Source: Candidatus Obscuribacterales bacterium
Lineage (GTDB): Bacteria; Cyanobacteriota; Vampirovibrionia; Obscuribacterales; Obscuribacteraceae
Direction of reading: 5' to 3'
Assembly: GCA_965228855.1 (NCBI GenBank)
Contig: CBDDIJ010000003.1
Location: 1,152,001-1,216,000 of the forward strand
DNA length: 64,000 nt
Both the position numbers and the translations under genes were made by a program. The notes under the pieces are model-generated. The model did not search any database, had not been told where the DNA came from, and saw only the letters and a program-made list of their open reading frames with translations. Shown here in pieces: positions 20,145 to 30,689 of the stretch. Each line of letters begins with the position of its first letter. Within the stretch, counting starts at the first letter, position 1.

Positions 20145-22076
20145 TCACTCATTCTCAGCAGTGCGTTTGACCTTGACCTCGCAGTGAGGGTGGCACCGCT
20201 TGAAACTTTCGATTGCATCGTCACTAATCTGATCACAGCCATCGACGTACAGTTTTTCCAAATCGAGCTTTTCGATTTTTCTCAATGCCTCGTCTGTAAG
20301 CTTGTCGTTTCCGTTTAGCTTTAAGGTCCTCAATTTGTTCATCGACTTTATGAAATCCATATCTCCATCGGTCAGGTTGTCGTACTCCAGACCAAGGGTT
20401 CGTACTCCCCTGAATTTGTTGATGTGATTGAGCGGATTGTCAGTTTGTTTTTTGAACAGAGGTGTTTTGTTTATCTCGAAGTGATGGACCTTCGATAATC
20501 TCGCGAGTAATCCGAGAGCCTTTGAGTCAAGCTTCGTGCATTTATCTAAATCGATTACGTTCAAATTTTTGAGCCTGGACAATATTTTCAAACAGTTTTG
20601 ATCGGCAACTACATTCTCTACTCGTAAGAGTTCCAGGTCCGGCAAGTTTGAAATGACTTGAAAACGATGTTCGTCAAAATCGGTACCGATAAATTCCTTC
20701 AGACCTTTCAGGTCGCCAACAACATCAAAGGCGGGGTCGGGCACCAGAAAGTTTTGAAGGTGCAAGGTCTCCAGGCTCGGAAGTTTTTTCAGCTGACTGA
20801 TACCGCCGGCGGTTACGCCAGTCAATCCGTCTGCTTCTATTTTTTTTACAGACTTCAGCTTCGCTAGAGCTGCCATTCCTCTATCCGAAATCGTCGCATG
20901 ATCGATTAGAACTCTTTTTACTTTTACCCTTGTCTGAGCAATCTCTGTCAATACTTCGTCCGCGTACTGAGATTGTTTCAAGTCTAGAGTCGTGTCGATC
21001 ACGTGATACTTCGGGTCAAGTTCCTTTTCCAAATCGATTGATCTGTCCAGCGCTGGAGCAGGAGCGATCGGAGACGCAGAGGATACTGGTTCGTCTTTGA
21101 GGGGGGTCATCAATTTCAATGTAATAAACAGCGCCAGACCGAAAAGGATAAGCAGAGCGACTGCTACTCCTGCTACGGCCCTGAGTTCAGGGTTCGCGTT
21201 GCTAGTTTTGCTTGGCGCAACTTCAACAGGCGTTTCAGATTTAAGAACCAGAGAGTTCATCGATTGCAAAATTTCACCTGCATCTTGAAACCGCTTGTGT
21301 GGCTTCTTTTCCAAGCACCGCTGAACGACTTCTTCTAGAACGTGTCCGCTTAACTCTGGAATAATCTTTCCAATCAGTGGTGCCGGTTTATTAATGTGCT
21401 GGTCTAACAGTTCTAGAGAACTTTCGCCTTTAAATGGAAGCTCTCCCGTCAGCATCTCGAAGAGAACGCATCCCAGAGAGTAAATGTCTGTTCGATGATC
21501 TACTTTGCCGCCCTGCGCTTGCTCCGGACTCATGTAGGCCGGCGTCCCAACGATGGCGTTGGGCGCGGTAAGCGTCATGTTGTTGACACTAATCTGCGCG
21601 ATACCGAAGTCATACAGTTTGACAAGGGTTGGGTCTCCGCCGCTTTCACATACCATAATGTTGTGCGATTTCAAATCTCGATGGACGACACCCTGTGAGT
21701 GTGCACATTCAAGAGCCCCGACGATTTGCGAAATCATAGGGATGGCACGGTCAATCTGCAAAGGACCTTCTTCAAGAATCAGATCCTTGAGAGTGTGTCC
21801 TTCCAAATACTCGAGCACCATATACGGTATCTCGTCGGAAGTAACTCCAAAGTCAATTACTTTCATGATATTTTTGTGGACGAGATTTCCGGCAGCTTTA
21901 GCTTCCTTTTGGAAACGCAGAACTTCATTTGGTGATGACCTGGCATCGAAACGCAGAACTTTCAGCGCGAAGACTTTGTCCAGTATCGAATCAAAGACTT
22001 TGTAGACAGTGCCCATCCCGCCGGCACCGATCTTGTCGAGAATCTTGTAGCGGTCAGGTAAAGCGGGTTCCACCAT
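20145..22076 (-). CDS. Ser/Thr protein kinase with TM helix and C-terminal leucine-rich repeats
   Basis: GAGGMG, ALK, HRDLKSHN, DFG, GTPAYMSPEQ; TM; LRRs (LKKLPSLETLHL, LRTLKLNGNDKLTD). Confidence 0.93.
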   Translation of the reverse strand: MVEPALPDRYKILDKIGAGGMGTVYKVFDSILDKVFALKVLRFDARSSPNEVLRFQKEAKAAGNLVHKNIMKVIDFGVTSDEIPYMVLEYLEGHTLKDLILEEGPLQIDRAIPMISQIVGALECAHSQGVVHRDLKSHNIMVCESGGDPTLVKLYDFGIAQISVNNMTLTAPNAIVGTPAYMSPEQAQGGKVDHRTDIYSLGCVLFEMLTGELPFKGESSLELLDQHINKPAPLIGKIIPELSGHVLEEVVQRCLEKKPHKRFQDAGEILQSMNSLVLKSETPVEVAPSKTSNANPELRAVAGVAVALLILFGLALFITLKLMTPLKDEPVSSASPIAPAPALDRSIDLEKELDPKYHVIDTTLDLKQSQYADEVLTEIAQTRVKVKRVLIDHATISDRGMAALAKLKSVKKIEADGLTGVTAGGISQLKKLPSLETLHLQNFLVPDPAFDVVGDLKGLKEFIGTDFDEHRFQVISNLPDLELLRVENVVADQNCLKILSRLKNLNVIDLDKCTKLDSKALGLLARLSKVHHFEINKTPLFKKQTDNPLNHINKFRGVRTLGLEYDNLTDGDMDFIKSMNKLRTLKLNGNDKLTDEALRKIEKLDLEKLYVDGCDQISDDAIESFKRCHPHCEVKVKRTAENE

Positions 22077-22098
22077 AACCTCGGTTTTTGCAATTCGT

Positions 22099-23313
22099 TC
22101 AGTTGGTTGGAATCGAATTGTTGTTTAAACTCAAACGAAGGTTTCCGTCGGTCATAATCACTCGAGCACTGATTGGTTCTCCGGATAGAAGTTCAATCAA
22201 ATGTTTACCGACGACCTCGTATCTCCAGCCTTCTGCGACTTTGAGGTCCGTGGCGTTTGCTAATTTATTTTCCTTGTGAAGCCTCACCACAAGTTGCAAT
22301 TCGTCGCGGGTACAAATATGCTCGGCGGCCAAACCAATATCATTTGCCAAGTATTTAAGTACCACGTAAAGGAAATCTCCGGTTAGAAGCTCACTTTTCG
22401 ATGGAGCTCGACCGGTCGGCCAGGTGGGGCATTCCTGGTCTGATAGCGAACGAGCCTTCTCGATCGCAGCCAATATCGCTTTGCCATATATGCGTGGTTG
22501 ATCCGGACGGATGCCTCGCATGTTTTTCAAATCGTCCACCGAGTGTGCCGGTTTTCTTGCGATTTCTACCATGACGTTGTCCGAGAGAAGAAATCTCGGC
22601 GGTTTATTCAAACGCCGCGCTTCATTATCGCGCCAGAGCCAAACTTCGCGAAGCACGGCCAGCCCTCTGGAATTAAGCGAATTGGCCCCCTTCACTCGCA
22701 TGAAATCGCGCGAGCGATCGTGATCGTAGTATTCGAGGTCTTCGTAGATTTTGCATTCTTCTTCCGCCCATTCGAGACGGCCTTGCTGATTGAGCTTGTC
22801 GCGCACCTTCTCGTAGAGTGGTATCAAGTAGAGAACGTCGTTGATTGCATAATCGATTTGTGCCGGGGTGAGCGGGCGCGATTGCCAGTCGCTAAAACTC
22901 TCCGTTTTCGCGATCTGAACGTTCAGAACATCGCTGAGCAAACGTCTGTAACCGGCAGAATAACCGTAGCCCGCAAATCCTGCAGCAATTTGCGTGTCGA
23001 ATATGTTTTTGGGAATCAAACCGGATAGTGAATAAACCAATTCAAGGTCCTGGCTACCAGCGTGAAAAATGCACAGAATTTCTTCCGAGGCGATGCGCTG
23101 AAACAACGGGGCCAGATCTTTGACGACAAAAGGGTCTACGATGTAGGGCGTTTTTTCTACGCAGACCTGTACGAGGCAAAGTATTGGAAAATAAGTTCGC
23201 TCCGGTATAAATTCGAAGTCGAACGCCGCCAGCTTGGTTCTGTCGATGTGGTCACAGAGGTCCTGAAGTTCTGCCGCCGTATTTACGATTTTGGTAGACG
23301 CCGACTTACTCAT
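22099..23313 (-). CDS. rnd: Ribonuclease D
   Basis: AFDFEF, FHAGSQDL, FDTQIAA, SDWQSRPLT, YAINDV, HRDC region; ATGA overlap with the upstream gene. Confidence 0.93.
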   Translation of the reverse strand: MSKSASTKIVNTAAELQDLCDHIDRTKLAAFDFEFIPERTYFPILCLVQVCVEKTPYIVDPFVVKDLAPLFQRIASEEILCIFHAGSQDLELVYSLSGLIPKNIFDTQIAAGFAGYGYSAGYRRLLSDVLNVQIAKTESFSDWQSRPLTPAQIDYAINDVLYLIPLYEKVRDKLNQQGRLEWAEEECKIYEDLEYYDHDRSRDFMRVKGANSLNSRGLAVLREVWLWRDNEARRLNKPPRFLLSDNVMVEIARKPAHSVDDLKNMRGIRPDQPRIYGKAILAAIEKARSLSDQECPTWPTGRAPSKSELLTGDFLYVVLKYLANDIGLAAEHICTRDELQLVVRLHKENKLANATDLKVAEGWRYEVVGKHLIELLSGEPISARVIMTDGNLRLSLNNNSIPTN

Positions 23314-24140
23314 TCTTGTGGCTCCGATAGGAAGTGTCGGCACCATTTCAAGGAGCCCTGTCGCCCAATAATCACAGAGGTTTCGTGCAGAATCGATGGA
23401 AGTTCGAATTTGAGTTCATCTATGTCGATGGTTCCGACGTCTAGACCGTTGGCGAGCGCGATCGAAACTGGTCCTGCAGTGTCCCAGGTTTTGAGCTTGC
23501 CAGCCATGTGGACAAACAGATCCGCTCGTCCCTCTAAAACCCACGCCACCTTGATTCCAATACTTCCAGTTCTGATAAGCTGCACCTTTGGAAGACGTTC
23601 TATCCAGGGATGACGCTTGCGATCGCGGAACCCCATCATAAGCCGGACGCGATCTTCGAGCGTCAGTGTCTCCAGCGGCGCGAATTTGACAGGGTCTTCC
23701 TTGTCGGCCCACTTCCATGCACCAAAACCGGGACCACCATAATAAGCCGTCTGCTCCGCCGGTGCATAAACAAATCCGAATACCGGCACCGCATCAATTA
23801 GAAGACCAATCATCACGGCGTACTGCCCATCATTTTTGATGTAATTGTTCGTGCCATCAATAGGATCGATCATCCAGACTCGGCCGGTCTGTGGAATGTC
23901 TCCCAACTCGGCATCTTCTTCGGACACCACGGTGTCATGAGGATAGGCACGCGAAATTTCATCGACGAGTATGCGAGAAAGCTCAAGGTCCGCAGTCGTC
24001 ACTTGATCCATCGGTCCCGACTTCTCTCGGATATCCACGGTTGCGCGCATCGCCACCGCAATCTGCCCAGCTCGCCTGATTAGCTCTAGAAAAAAGGAAA
24101 TCTCATCGTCTTTCAAAAGACTCGTCATCGTCTCGGGCAT
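23310..24140 (-). CDS. cysQ: Inositol monophosphatase family / CysQ-like phosphatase
   Basis: VTTAD, VSEE, WMIDPIDGT, WDTA. Confidence 0.8.
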   Translation of the reverse strand: MPETMTSLLKDDEISFFLELIRRAGQIAVAMRATVDIREKSGPMDQVTTADLELSRILVDEISRAYPHDTVVSEEDAELGDIPQTGRVWMIDPIDGTNNYIKNDGQYAVMIGLLIDAVPVFGFVYAPAEQTAYYGGPGFGAWKWADKEDPVKFAPLETLTLEDRVRLMMGFRDRKRHPWIERLPKVQLIRTGSIGIKVAWVLEGRADLFVHMAGKLKTWDTAGPVSIALANGLDVGTIDIDELKFELPSILHETSVIIGRQGSLKWCRHFLSEPQE

Positions 24141-24172
24141 CTACACCGCTACCTGAATTTCGCTGACCACGA

Positions 24173-24655
24173 CTACTCAGAGCCTCGGGTCGCTGCGTGA
24201 TCATCGTACATGCGGCAACCGAATTCATCAGCCAGTTTGTTATCGAGCAGGTCAGCCACATAGGCTGCGTGCCAGACGAGGTCGTCAAGCTCTTCCTGGA
24301 CCAGACCGAACGTCGGTCGCTGGGCTACAACCAGGACTATATCATCGTGCGTCGACAAAGCACAGCTGCTTAGCGAGCTATTTAAGTCGAGAAGCTTCCG
24401 GTAAAACAGCTCTCTGTTTTGGTCCGGAACATAGACCAGCGGGCTCGTGATTCGCAGCACCGCACCATGCTGGCTTACTTGAACGAAAACATATACCTTC
24501 GCGCTGCCCTCGGTCAGCCACCAACCGTAGCCCTGGGCATCACGCAGGGCATGATCGGCCGGATCCAAACCGCGTCTGCGGAAATATTGTTCGACCATGT
24601 TGACCGCATCACTTGCGGCTCCTTGGGTCAATTTTTGCGTTCCAAACAAACTCAT
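24173..24655 (-). CDS. YbjN / CesT-like chaperone-fold protein
   Basis: WWLTEGSAKVYV...RELFYRKLLDLN...ADLLDNKLADEFG pattern. Confidence 0.75.
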   Translation of the reverse strand: MSLFGTQKLTQGAASDAVNMVEQYFRRRGLDPADHALRDAQGYGWWLTEGSAKVYVFVQVSQHGAVLRITSPLVYVPDQNRELFYRKLLDLNSSLSSCALSTHDDIVLVVAQRPTFGLVQEELDDLVWHAAYVADLLDNKLADEFGCRMYDDHAATRGSE

Positions 24656-24950
24656 CGTGCAAGCCCCGACTTTTATGACAAACGGTCAATCACCCGTTAC
24701 GCCCAATAGTATACAAGGCAGCGGCATTTTCGTTGTGGGTAAGGACAGCGTTTTGAAGGCTTTCTAAAACGCACTCTGCCGATTTTTCGCGTCCTCTGGC
24801 GCTGCCCGACGATGCTTAAAAATAGCATCCATATATAAACTGCAATCTAAGAAACCGTGGTCTCTATGGTTGTCAGGCTTAACTTCATAGAAAGGCGCCG
24901 CGAGGGTCAGGATTAATGTCAACTGAACACCGAAAAACTCGGTAAAAGCG

Positions 24951-24974
24951 AAAAACCCTGCCGAGGCAGGGTTT
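24951..24974 (-). terminator. Terminator of tRNA-Asn
   Basis: aaaccctgc-ctcg-gcagggttt plus U tract just 3' of the tRNA. Confidence 0.85.
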
Positions 24975-24980
24975 AATGAA

Positions 24981-25052
24981 CTCCCGAGGTAAGATTCGAA
25001 CTTACGACCAAGTGATTAACAGTCACCTGCGCTACCGCTGCGCTACTCGGGA
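24981..25052 (-). tRNA. tRNA-Asn (GTT), CCA not encoded
   Basis: TCCCGAG acceptor stem, TAGCGCAGCGGTAGCGC D arm, GTGAC-TGTTAAT-CAC anticodon region, GTTCGAATC T loop. Confidence 0.96.
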
Positions 25053-25384
25053 TCAGGCGCATAAACGATATACCACGGAAGTGGCAAGTCGTTAAACACA
25101 TAATACACCACTGTTTGTTTTCCGCTACCACTTTCTCTAAGAAGTTTGTGGACTGTAAACACTTGATATCATTGGTGGCGGATGAAGTTGCCAAACGGTT
25201 TATTGACCACCGCCGTTTGTTCTTTCCTTCCGTTTGCGCACTATACAAGTTTCAACGCTTCGCCCTCTGGAGAGGCGACTGTAGGCGTTTTTGAGTTTGG
25301 AGCCTGTTGAATTCAACAGTGAATGGACGCTGTTCGTTTTCTATCATCGGTTTAATCGATGGAAGAGATAACGAGGTGCTCAAA

Positions 25385-26254
25385 ATGCCATTTCACGAAA
25401 TTGAAACACCCGGCGCTGGCAGTAAGATTTCAGCCGACACGTTCTCCCCGCTAACGTTTTCTGACATTTTTGAAGAATCAGGTAAAACAGCTAACGCGAT
25501 CGCTCGCGAAACCGCATTGATCACTGCCGGCACCGTAGGTGGTGCGGTTAACGAAATTCAGAAGAGTACAATTTCGACCGTTGCTCGAGCTGGCTCAACA
25601 CTCGCACTTGGGGCTGGGTTGGGGGCGCTCGCGGCCTCAGAGGCTCCTGTTCTGGTCGTTGGCGCGGCTGCTGCTGGAGTGGCGCTTACCGGAATGTGGG
25701 TCTACGACACATTCAATCCCTACGACCCAAGAAATCAAAACAGGTTTTCGAACATCGGGCACGCGTTAACAGATGTTTGGAATCACTCAGACAAAAGATC
25801 TTTCGAGACGAGCGTTCAAAAAATGCAGGATGGCATCGGTCCAATCGCACTCGATGTCGGATTAATGGCGGTAGGCGGCATCGGGGCGCATGTTGCTGCC
25901 CGGCAAACTCCGCGATTCTTGAATCAGCTTAACCTTCAGCGTTGCGTTCAGCCGGAGCTGGCACCATCAGCGGTGGCAAACTATTTCAACGGACGCGCTA
26001 ACGCATTGTCACTGGACTGGAGTGACCTCGCTTACTTCCAAAAACGCAGCAGTCCGCTTCGTGTCGACAAAGGAACTCCGGAGTCGCTGCCTGGACGAAT
26101 CGAGATGCTTAATGCAAGAGCGGGGCTTCCTGAACCGCAGTTGCACAGTCACAAATTTCTCAGTCTCGTAGATAAGCCAGTCACACCTCGCGAGAGAAAC
26201 TCGACGGGCGGCACCTCGTTTTTCTTCAGCGAAAAAGCATACAAAAACCGTTAG
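25385..26254 (+). CDS. Hypothetical protein with Gly/Ala-rich hydrophobic helices
   Basis: GAGGTG SD before ATG 25385; hydrophobic segments LALGAGLGALAA and LDVGLMAVGGIGA. Confidence 0.65.
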   Translation: MPFHEIETPGAGSKISADTFSPLTFSDIFEESGKTANAIARETALITAGTVGGAVNEIQKSTISTVARAGSTLALGAGLGALAASEAPVLVVGAAAAGVALTGMWVYDTFNPYDPRNQNRFSNIGHALTDVWNHSDKRSFETSVQKMQDGIGPIALDVGLMAVGGIGAHVAARQTPRFLNQLNLQRCVQPELAPSAVANYFNGRANALSLDWSDLAYFQKRSSPLRVDKGTPESLPGRIEMLNARAGLPEPQLHSHKFLSLVDKPVTPRERNSTGGTSFFFSEKAYKNR

Positions 26255-26322
26255 GAAGTTTTCGCGTTTCTTTCGTTGGTGCAAAGGGTAAATCCAATTT
26301 GCCGGCGTCGCTAGGAGAGAAG

Positions 26323-27780
26323 ATGAGAAAGCAGTTAGAAAAGCCTGAAAAGACCAGGAAGTCTCAAAACTTTCAGCATCCGCCTCTCCACGCCGACTAT
26401 CTGGGCAAGCCTGCGCACTTGCAAACGCGCAAAGATCGTATCGAGTTGGGCAAAGCCATGCGCGTGGTCTGTCCTCGAGAACTACATGCTCAATACACAA
26501 TTGACTGGGAGGATCGTAAAGATCCGGTTGAATTGTTGATTGAGTCCAGTCGTGGCCGTATCGAAACGCTCCTGCCAATAAGATATGGACGAATGGCGAC
26601 CTCCCCCTTTGCATTTTTTCGTGGGGCCGCGGTAATTATGGCTGCAGATCTCGCTCAGACTCCTGAAACTGGCTATGCGGTGCAATCATGTGGAGACAGC
26701 CACCTCTGCAATTTTGGTGCGTTTGCCACTCCGGAGCGCAATGTCATTTTTGACATCAACGACTTTGATGAGACCTTTCCAGCTCCGTGGGAATGGGATT
26801 TGAAGCGTTTGGCGGCTAGCTTTGCAATTGCGTGCAGGCACAACGGACACAAACAAAGCGAGTGTCGACGCGCCGTTCAGCGTATGGTGGAGTGCTATAG
26901 GGAACGATTGTTTCAGTTGGCAGAGATGCCCACATTGTCGTCTTGGTACGACCAACTAAATTTCAAAGATTTGCTGGCGCAGAGCAAAGATCGCAAGTTT
27001 AAGGAGAAGCGGGAAAAGGACCTGCGGAAAGCGGTCAAACGCGACAGCATTGCCGAATTTGTCAAACTTGGCCATATCATCGATGGTAAGCCCAAAATCA
27101 AAGACCAACCACCGCTCATTTATCACGACGCTAGATACGAGACCCCGGACTTCCAGAATGCCGTATTGCGTGGTATCGCAGATTATCGAGATTCTCTGCC
27201 GCTGGAACGTCGGGTTCTTTTCGATCGATATGAGTTTGTCGACACTGCGATCAAGGTTGTTGGTGTCGGAAGCGTTGGAACTATGTGCTTTATCGCTTTG
27301 TTCTACGCAGCGGAGAATGACCCGTTGTTTCTGCAACTGAAAGAAGCGAACAAGTCAGTGCTCGAGGCTTATTCGAATTATCCCGCCTTTCAAACTCATG
27401 GCGAACGCGTAGTTTTTGGCCAACGCCTTATGCAGTCGTCCAGTGATGTTTTCCTCGGACACTTTGTCGGCGAACTCATGAACAAGCATTACTATGTTCG
27501 ACAGCTTCGTGATGTAAAAGTGAAAATTCCTGTTGAGACATTTTCCGCAGGTGAGATGCTTATCTATGCGCAGAAGTGCGGATGGGCACTTGCTAGAGCA
27601 CATGCTCGTTCAGGAGATCCTGCCGTATTGGCCGGTTATATTGGCAAAGGTGCTCAACTTCTTGATGCGCTTGCCGATTTTGCAGAAATATACGCCAAGC
27701 AAAATGATAACGATTACAAACGACTTCAAGACGCGATTAAAACAGGCGAAATCGAAGCGGTGTCGGAAACAGCGCGATAG
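26323..27780 (+). CDS. DUF2252 family protein (kinase-like fold)
   Basis: IRYGRM..SPFAFFRGAA, CGDSHLCNFG, FDINDFDE, WEWDLKRL, KVVGVGSVG, ALARAHARSGD. Confidence 0.92.
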   Translation: MRKQLEKPEKTRKSQNFQHPPLHADYLGKPAHLQTRKDRIELGKAMRVVCPRELHAQYTIDWEDRKDPVELLIESSRGRIETLLPIRYGRMATSPFAFFRGAAVIMAADLAQTPETGYAVQSCGDSHLCNFGAFATPERNVIFDINDFDETFPAPWEWDLKRLAASFAIACRHNGHKQSECRRAVQRMVECYRERLFQLAEMPTLSSWYDQLNFKDLLAQSKDRKFKEKREKDLRKAVKRDSIAEFVKLGHIIDGKPKIKDQPPLIYHDARYETPDFQNAVLRGIADYRDSLPLERRVLFDRYEFVDTAIKVVGVGSVGTMCFIALFYAAENDPLFLQLKEANKSVLEAYSNYPAFQTHGERVVFGQRLMQSSSDVFLGHFVGELMNKHYYVRQLRDVKVKIPVETFSAGEMLIYAQKCGWALARAHARSGDPAVLAGYIGKGAQLLDALADFAEIYAKQNDNDYKRLQDAIKTGEIEAVSETAR

Positions 27781-27850
27781 GTTTCTTATACGAAGATGCT
27801 TCTTCTGGCTTCGTCCTCTTCCAGTTCCTGGAATTTAAAAATTGGTCGTT

Positions 27851-28789
27851 TCAAGTTGTCAGCGCTTCCAGCCACGAGTCAAGAGCCTTCAGGATATCCG
27901 GACAGAGTTTTTTCGATTGCAGTATTAAGTGAGCGCAAGATTGGCATTCGACCACCGTCATGTCTCTGCTGGTTAAACTGGACATAAACTGATTGTAGGA
28001 AGAGCTTTTGCATACTCCATCGTTTTTCCCTCTATAGACGAGAAGGGCCATATCTTCTGGAAGACTCTGAGGTCGAATCGTTCCCAGAATTAGCATCGAT
28101 TCGATCAGCTCTAGTACATCGATTGATTTGCGGCACATCGGATCGTCGAGATAATGCTTGAGGTTGTCCGGTTCATCAATTAAAAACTTTCTGGCAAAGG
28201 GAGTTAAATCTGCTTCCAGTCTTTGATTGAGCCCAACCTGCGCTATCTGACCGAGCACCGCAGGAACCAAGTCGAATGATATCACCCGCGGTTTCATGCA
28301 GGGATTGGAGAGAACGACTCCATTTACTACATCCGCGCAGTTGGCAGCCAGGTTTCTCGCTAGATGCGCTCCCAGACTTTCGCCGATCAATACCATTGGT
28401 AACTGTGGATGTTTTTCATGAAGCCAGTAAATCAATTCGCTCACATCGCGCAGACTGCCGCCATAGTCTATGCTTCGTTTGTCCACTGCGCCAAAATAGC
28501 TGCGACCGAACCCCCGCAAATCTGGCGCGACGACTAACGCGTCTTGATTTGCCAGGTGCGTCGCGATTGTCTCGAAAACGTTTCCGTGCATTAGTAGGCC
28601 GTGAAGGAGAACTATCACGTGGTTCGGTCTATCTCGACCTAGCCAAAAATAACAATGGATGTCTCCACTGGAACCTGAGATTAGTTCTTCGCTTCGCTTC
28701 ACTGAAACCATTTTAGCTGCGCAGGTTGACTTGATTACAGCTATTGTCCTCTGCCTCTCGGCGACGAACATCTGTCTTAAGAATGACAA
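27851..28789 (-). CDS. Alpha/beta hydrolase (lysophospholipase/Hydrolase_4-like)
   Basis: LLHG, PDLRGFGRS, GESLG nucleophile, C-terminal D and H. Confidence 0.88.
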   Translation of the reverse strand: MSFLRQMFVAERQRTIAVIKSTCAAKMVSVKRSEELISGSSGDIHCYFWLGRDRPNHVIVLLHGLLMHGNVFETIATHLANQDALVVAPDLRGFGRSYFGAVDKRSIDYGGSLRDVSELIYWLHEKHPQLPMVLIGESLGAHLARNLAANCADVVNGVVLSNPCMKPRVISFDLVPAVLGQIAQVGLNQRLEADLTPFARKFLIDEPDNLKHYLDDPMCRKSIDVLELIESMLILGTIRPQSLPEDMALLVYRGKNDGVCKSSSYNQFMSSLTSRDMTVVECQSCAHLILQSKKLCPDILKALDSWLEALTT

Positions 28790-28877
28790 TTAAAATCAAC
28801 CGATCGATGGATGCGAAGGTATGGATGTCCTGGCGTATCGTTAATGATTAGAAAGTCTTACATAGGATCATGAAACT

Positions 28878-29708
28878 ATGCCGGCTGCTGCAGACGCGAG
28901 GACACAAAGACCGGAAGTAGATTGCGGTCAGTCGAAGCGTACCGAAGATCCCTTTTCCTACAAAACGAATTCGCGTTACCGTTGGAATGTTTTGGATTTA
29001 TTGTCGATCTTTGGCGGGCGAGCATGCGTCAGTCACATTACTTGCGACGTCGACATGTCGAATATTGAAAACGCAAGACGCCTGCAAAAAAGCACTGGTC
29101 GAGCGTCGACTGTTACAGCTTTCATTTTGAAAGCAATCGCGAGTGCCCAGGTTGTTCATCCTCAAAGCAGGACATTTCCACTTCCCTTTGGAAAAACGGT
29201 AACCTACAACGACATCGTTGCCGGATTCACCGCGGAAAAACAAATAAATGGAGAGCCCGTTGTCTTCTTCGGCGAGATTGAGGACCCCCACCTGAAAGTC
29301 ATCCCTGACCTGGCAGACGAGCTTAAAGAGTACGTTGAGAAAGATGTTATGGATGTTCCTAAGTTGAAAATTCAGGCAATGTTTTGCCGGTTTCCGTGGC
29401 TTCTTCGGCAGCTGGTTTTCGTGACCGCCCGTCATCTACCGTTCTTCCGACTATTGTGCATGAGAGCGACTTTTGGAGTTAGCTCTCTTGGTGCGCTCGG
29501 AGTGGCGATGTGCTACGGTCCGAGTGTTTGCTCGAGTGTCTTCGGCGTAGGTGTTGTCGAGAAGCGCGTTGAGGTCAGGCAAGGTCAGCTGGCTGTTCGA
29601 GACATGATGACTCTGTCTCTTAGTTTCGACCAAAACGTTATGGACGCTGCCTGCGCTGCCAGATTTCTCAATGATGTCAAAAAACTTCTTGAGTCCGGAT
29701 TGGAGTAG
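28878..29708 (+). CDS. Stand-alone 2-oxoacid dehydrogenase E2 acyltransferase catalytic-domain homolog
   Basis: VTAFILKAIASA, ATFGVSSLG, MMTLSLSFDQNVMDA; no lipoyl domain. Confidence 0.78.
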   Translation: MPAAADARTQRPEVDCGQSKRTEDPFSYKTNSRYRWNVLDLLSIFGGRACVSHITCDVDMSNIENARRLQKSTGRASTVTAFILKAIASAQVVHPQSRTFPLPFGKTVTYNDIVAGFTAEKQINGEPVVFFGEIEDPHLKVIPDLADELKEYVEKDVMDVPKLKIQAMFCRFPWLLRQLVFVTARHLPFFRLLCMRATFGVSSLGALGVAMCYGPSVCSSVFGVGVVEKRVEVRQGQLAVRDMMTLSLSFDQNVMDAACAARFLNDVKKLLESGLE

Positions 29709-29720
29709 CGGTTTTCGAAA

Positions 29721-30689
29721 TCATCTCATTGGAATGCCTTCGTTCGGAACAACTCTAACATCGACGTTTATATAGGCTCGGTCTTTAGACGGCATGCCGT
29801 GCGCTGTTACCTTGATTGGAACATGCCAGCTCGGAAACGGCATATCCGGAATTATGAAAGTGATACTATTTGCGGTGGCGGCTGTTATCTGCGCCCTGCG
29901 CCCGCCGACTGTTACGATATTGTCATTCGCTTCAGAAGAAAAGCCACTACCGGCAATTGTGACGGGGTGCTTCGGAGGTGACGCCAGCATACTCACTCGC
30001 GTAATTCGAGGATTCGAGCGGACAGAGATGCTCCTCGGCTCGCTGTGGACATAATTGACGGATACCGTGACTGGTTGCGGTCCGGGAGGCGCATGATTCG
30101 GCAACTTTACCTTGATTTCGTCAGGCGTCGAGCTAATTGGTCTTGCATACTTGTTTCCGACATGAACCTTGATCTGATTGGTTTCATTTGAAAAATGTTT
30201 GCCATTTATAGTCATGGTGTCCGATGAGCCAACTGGATCGGGACTCAATCCGGTGAGAGTCGGACGCTGTATTAAAAACCTCCACTTCATGCGCGCACCT
30301 GTTGGACCGAAGCCCCGAACCTTAATAGAGTTATTTCCGACCCGGAGCTTTCCCGCCAGGTCTACTGAAGCGCTGTCTTGGTCTTGAAAGTCTTTGAAAT
30401 CAGCAAGCGACTCGCCGCCGAGGAATACCCTCAGGGCTGTGGCTTTCGGACGTCCGTCAGCACCATTTATGATGAGCAAACGCATGGGTAAACCTTCTTG
30501 CCCGCGCCGCAGATGCAAGTGCTCTCCCCACGTGTGCCAGGCTCCAGCTCTGGTAACAAGAGGCTTCGACTCCTGAATGACAGCCATCTCCTCGACCACG
30601 ACTGGTTGAGCCGCAGCGCTCAGAAAGAGCCCAACTATCACATGCCACGTAAGCGACCCTAATGTTTTCATGCTTCCGATAGCTCCCAT
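29721..30689 (-). CDS. Secreted IPT/TIG-domain protein
   Basis: Two IPT-like repeats (PTLTGLSP...MTINGKHF; PRITRVS...VTIAGSGFS). Confidence 0.8.
   Translation of the reverse strand: MGAIGSMKTLGSLTWHVIVGLFLSAAAQPVVVEEMAVIQESKPLVTRAGAWHTWGEHLHLRRGQEGLPMRLLIINGADGRPKATALRVFLGGESLADFKDFQDQDSASVDLAGKLRVGNNSIKVRGFGPTGARMKWRFLIQRPTLTGLSPDPVGSSDTMTINGKHFSNETNQIKVHVGNKYARPISSTPDEIKVKLPNHAPPGPQPVTVSVNYVHSEPRSISVRSNPRITRVSMLASPPKHPVTIAGSGFSSEANDNIVTVGGRRAQITAATANSITFIIPDMPFPSWHVPIKVTAHGMPSKDRAYINVDVRVVPNEGIPMR

Noticed and set aside
24981..25052. tRNA-anchored genomic island or prophage
   Set aside because: No integrase, no duplicated tRNA 3' end noticed, and core genes lie on the 3' side
24973..25248. 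91-aa ORF
   Set aside because: Runs through the tRNA gene; spurious
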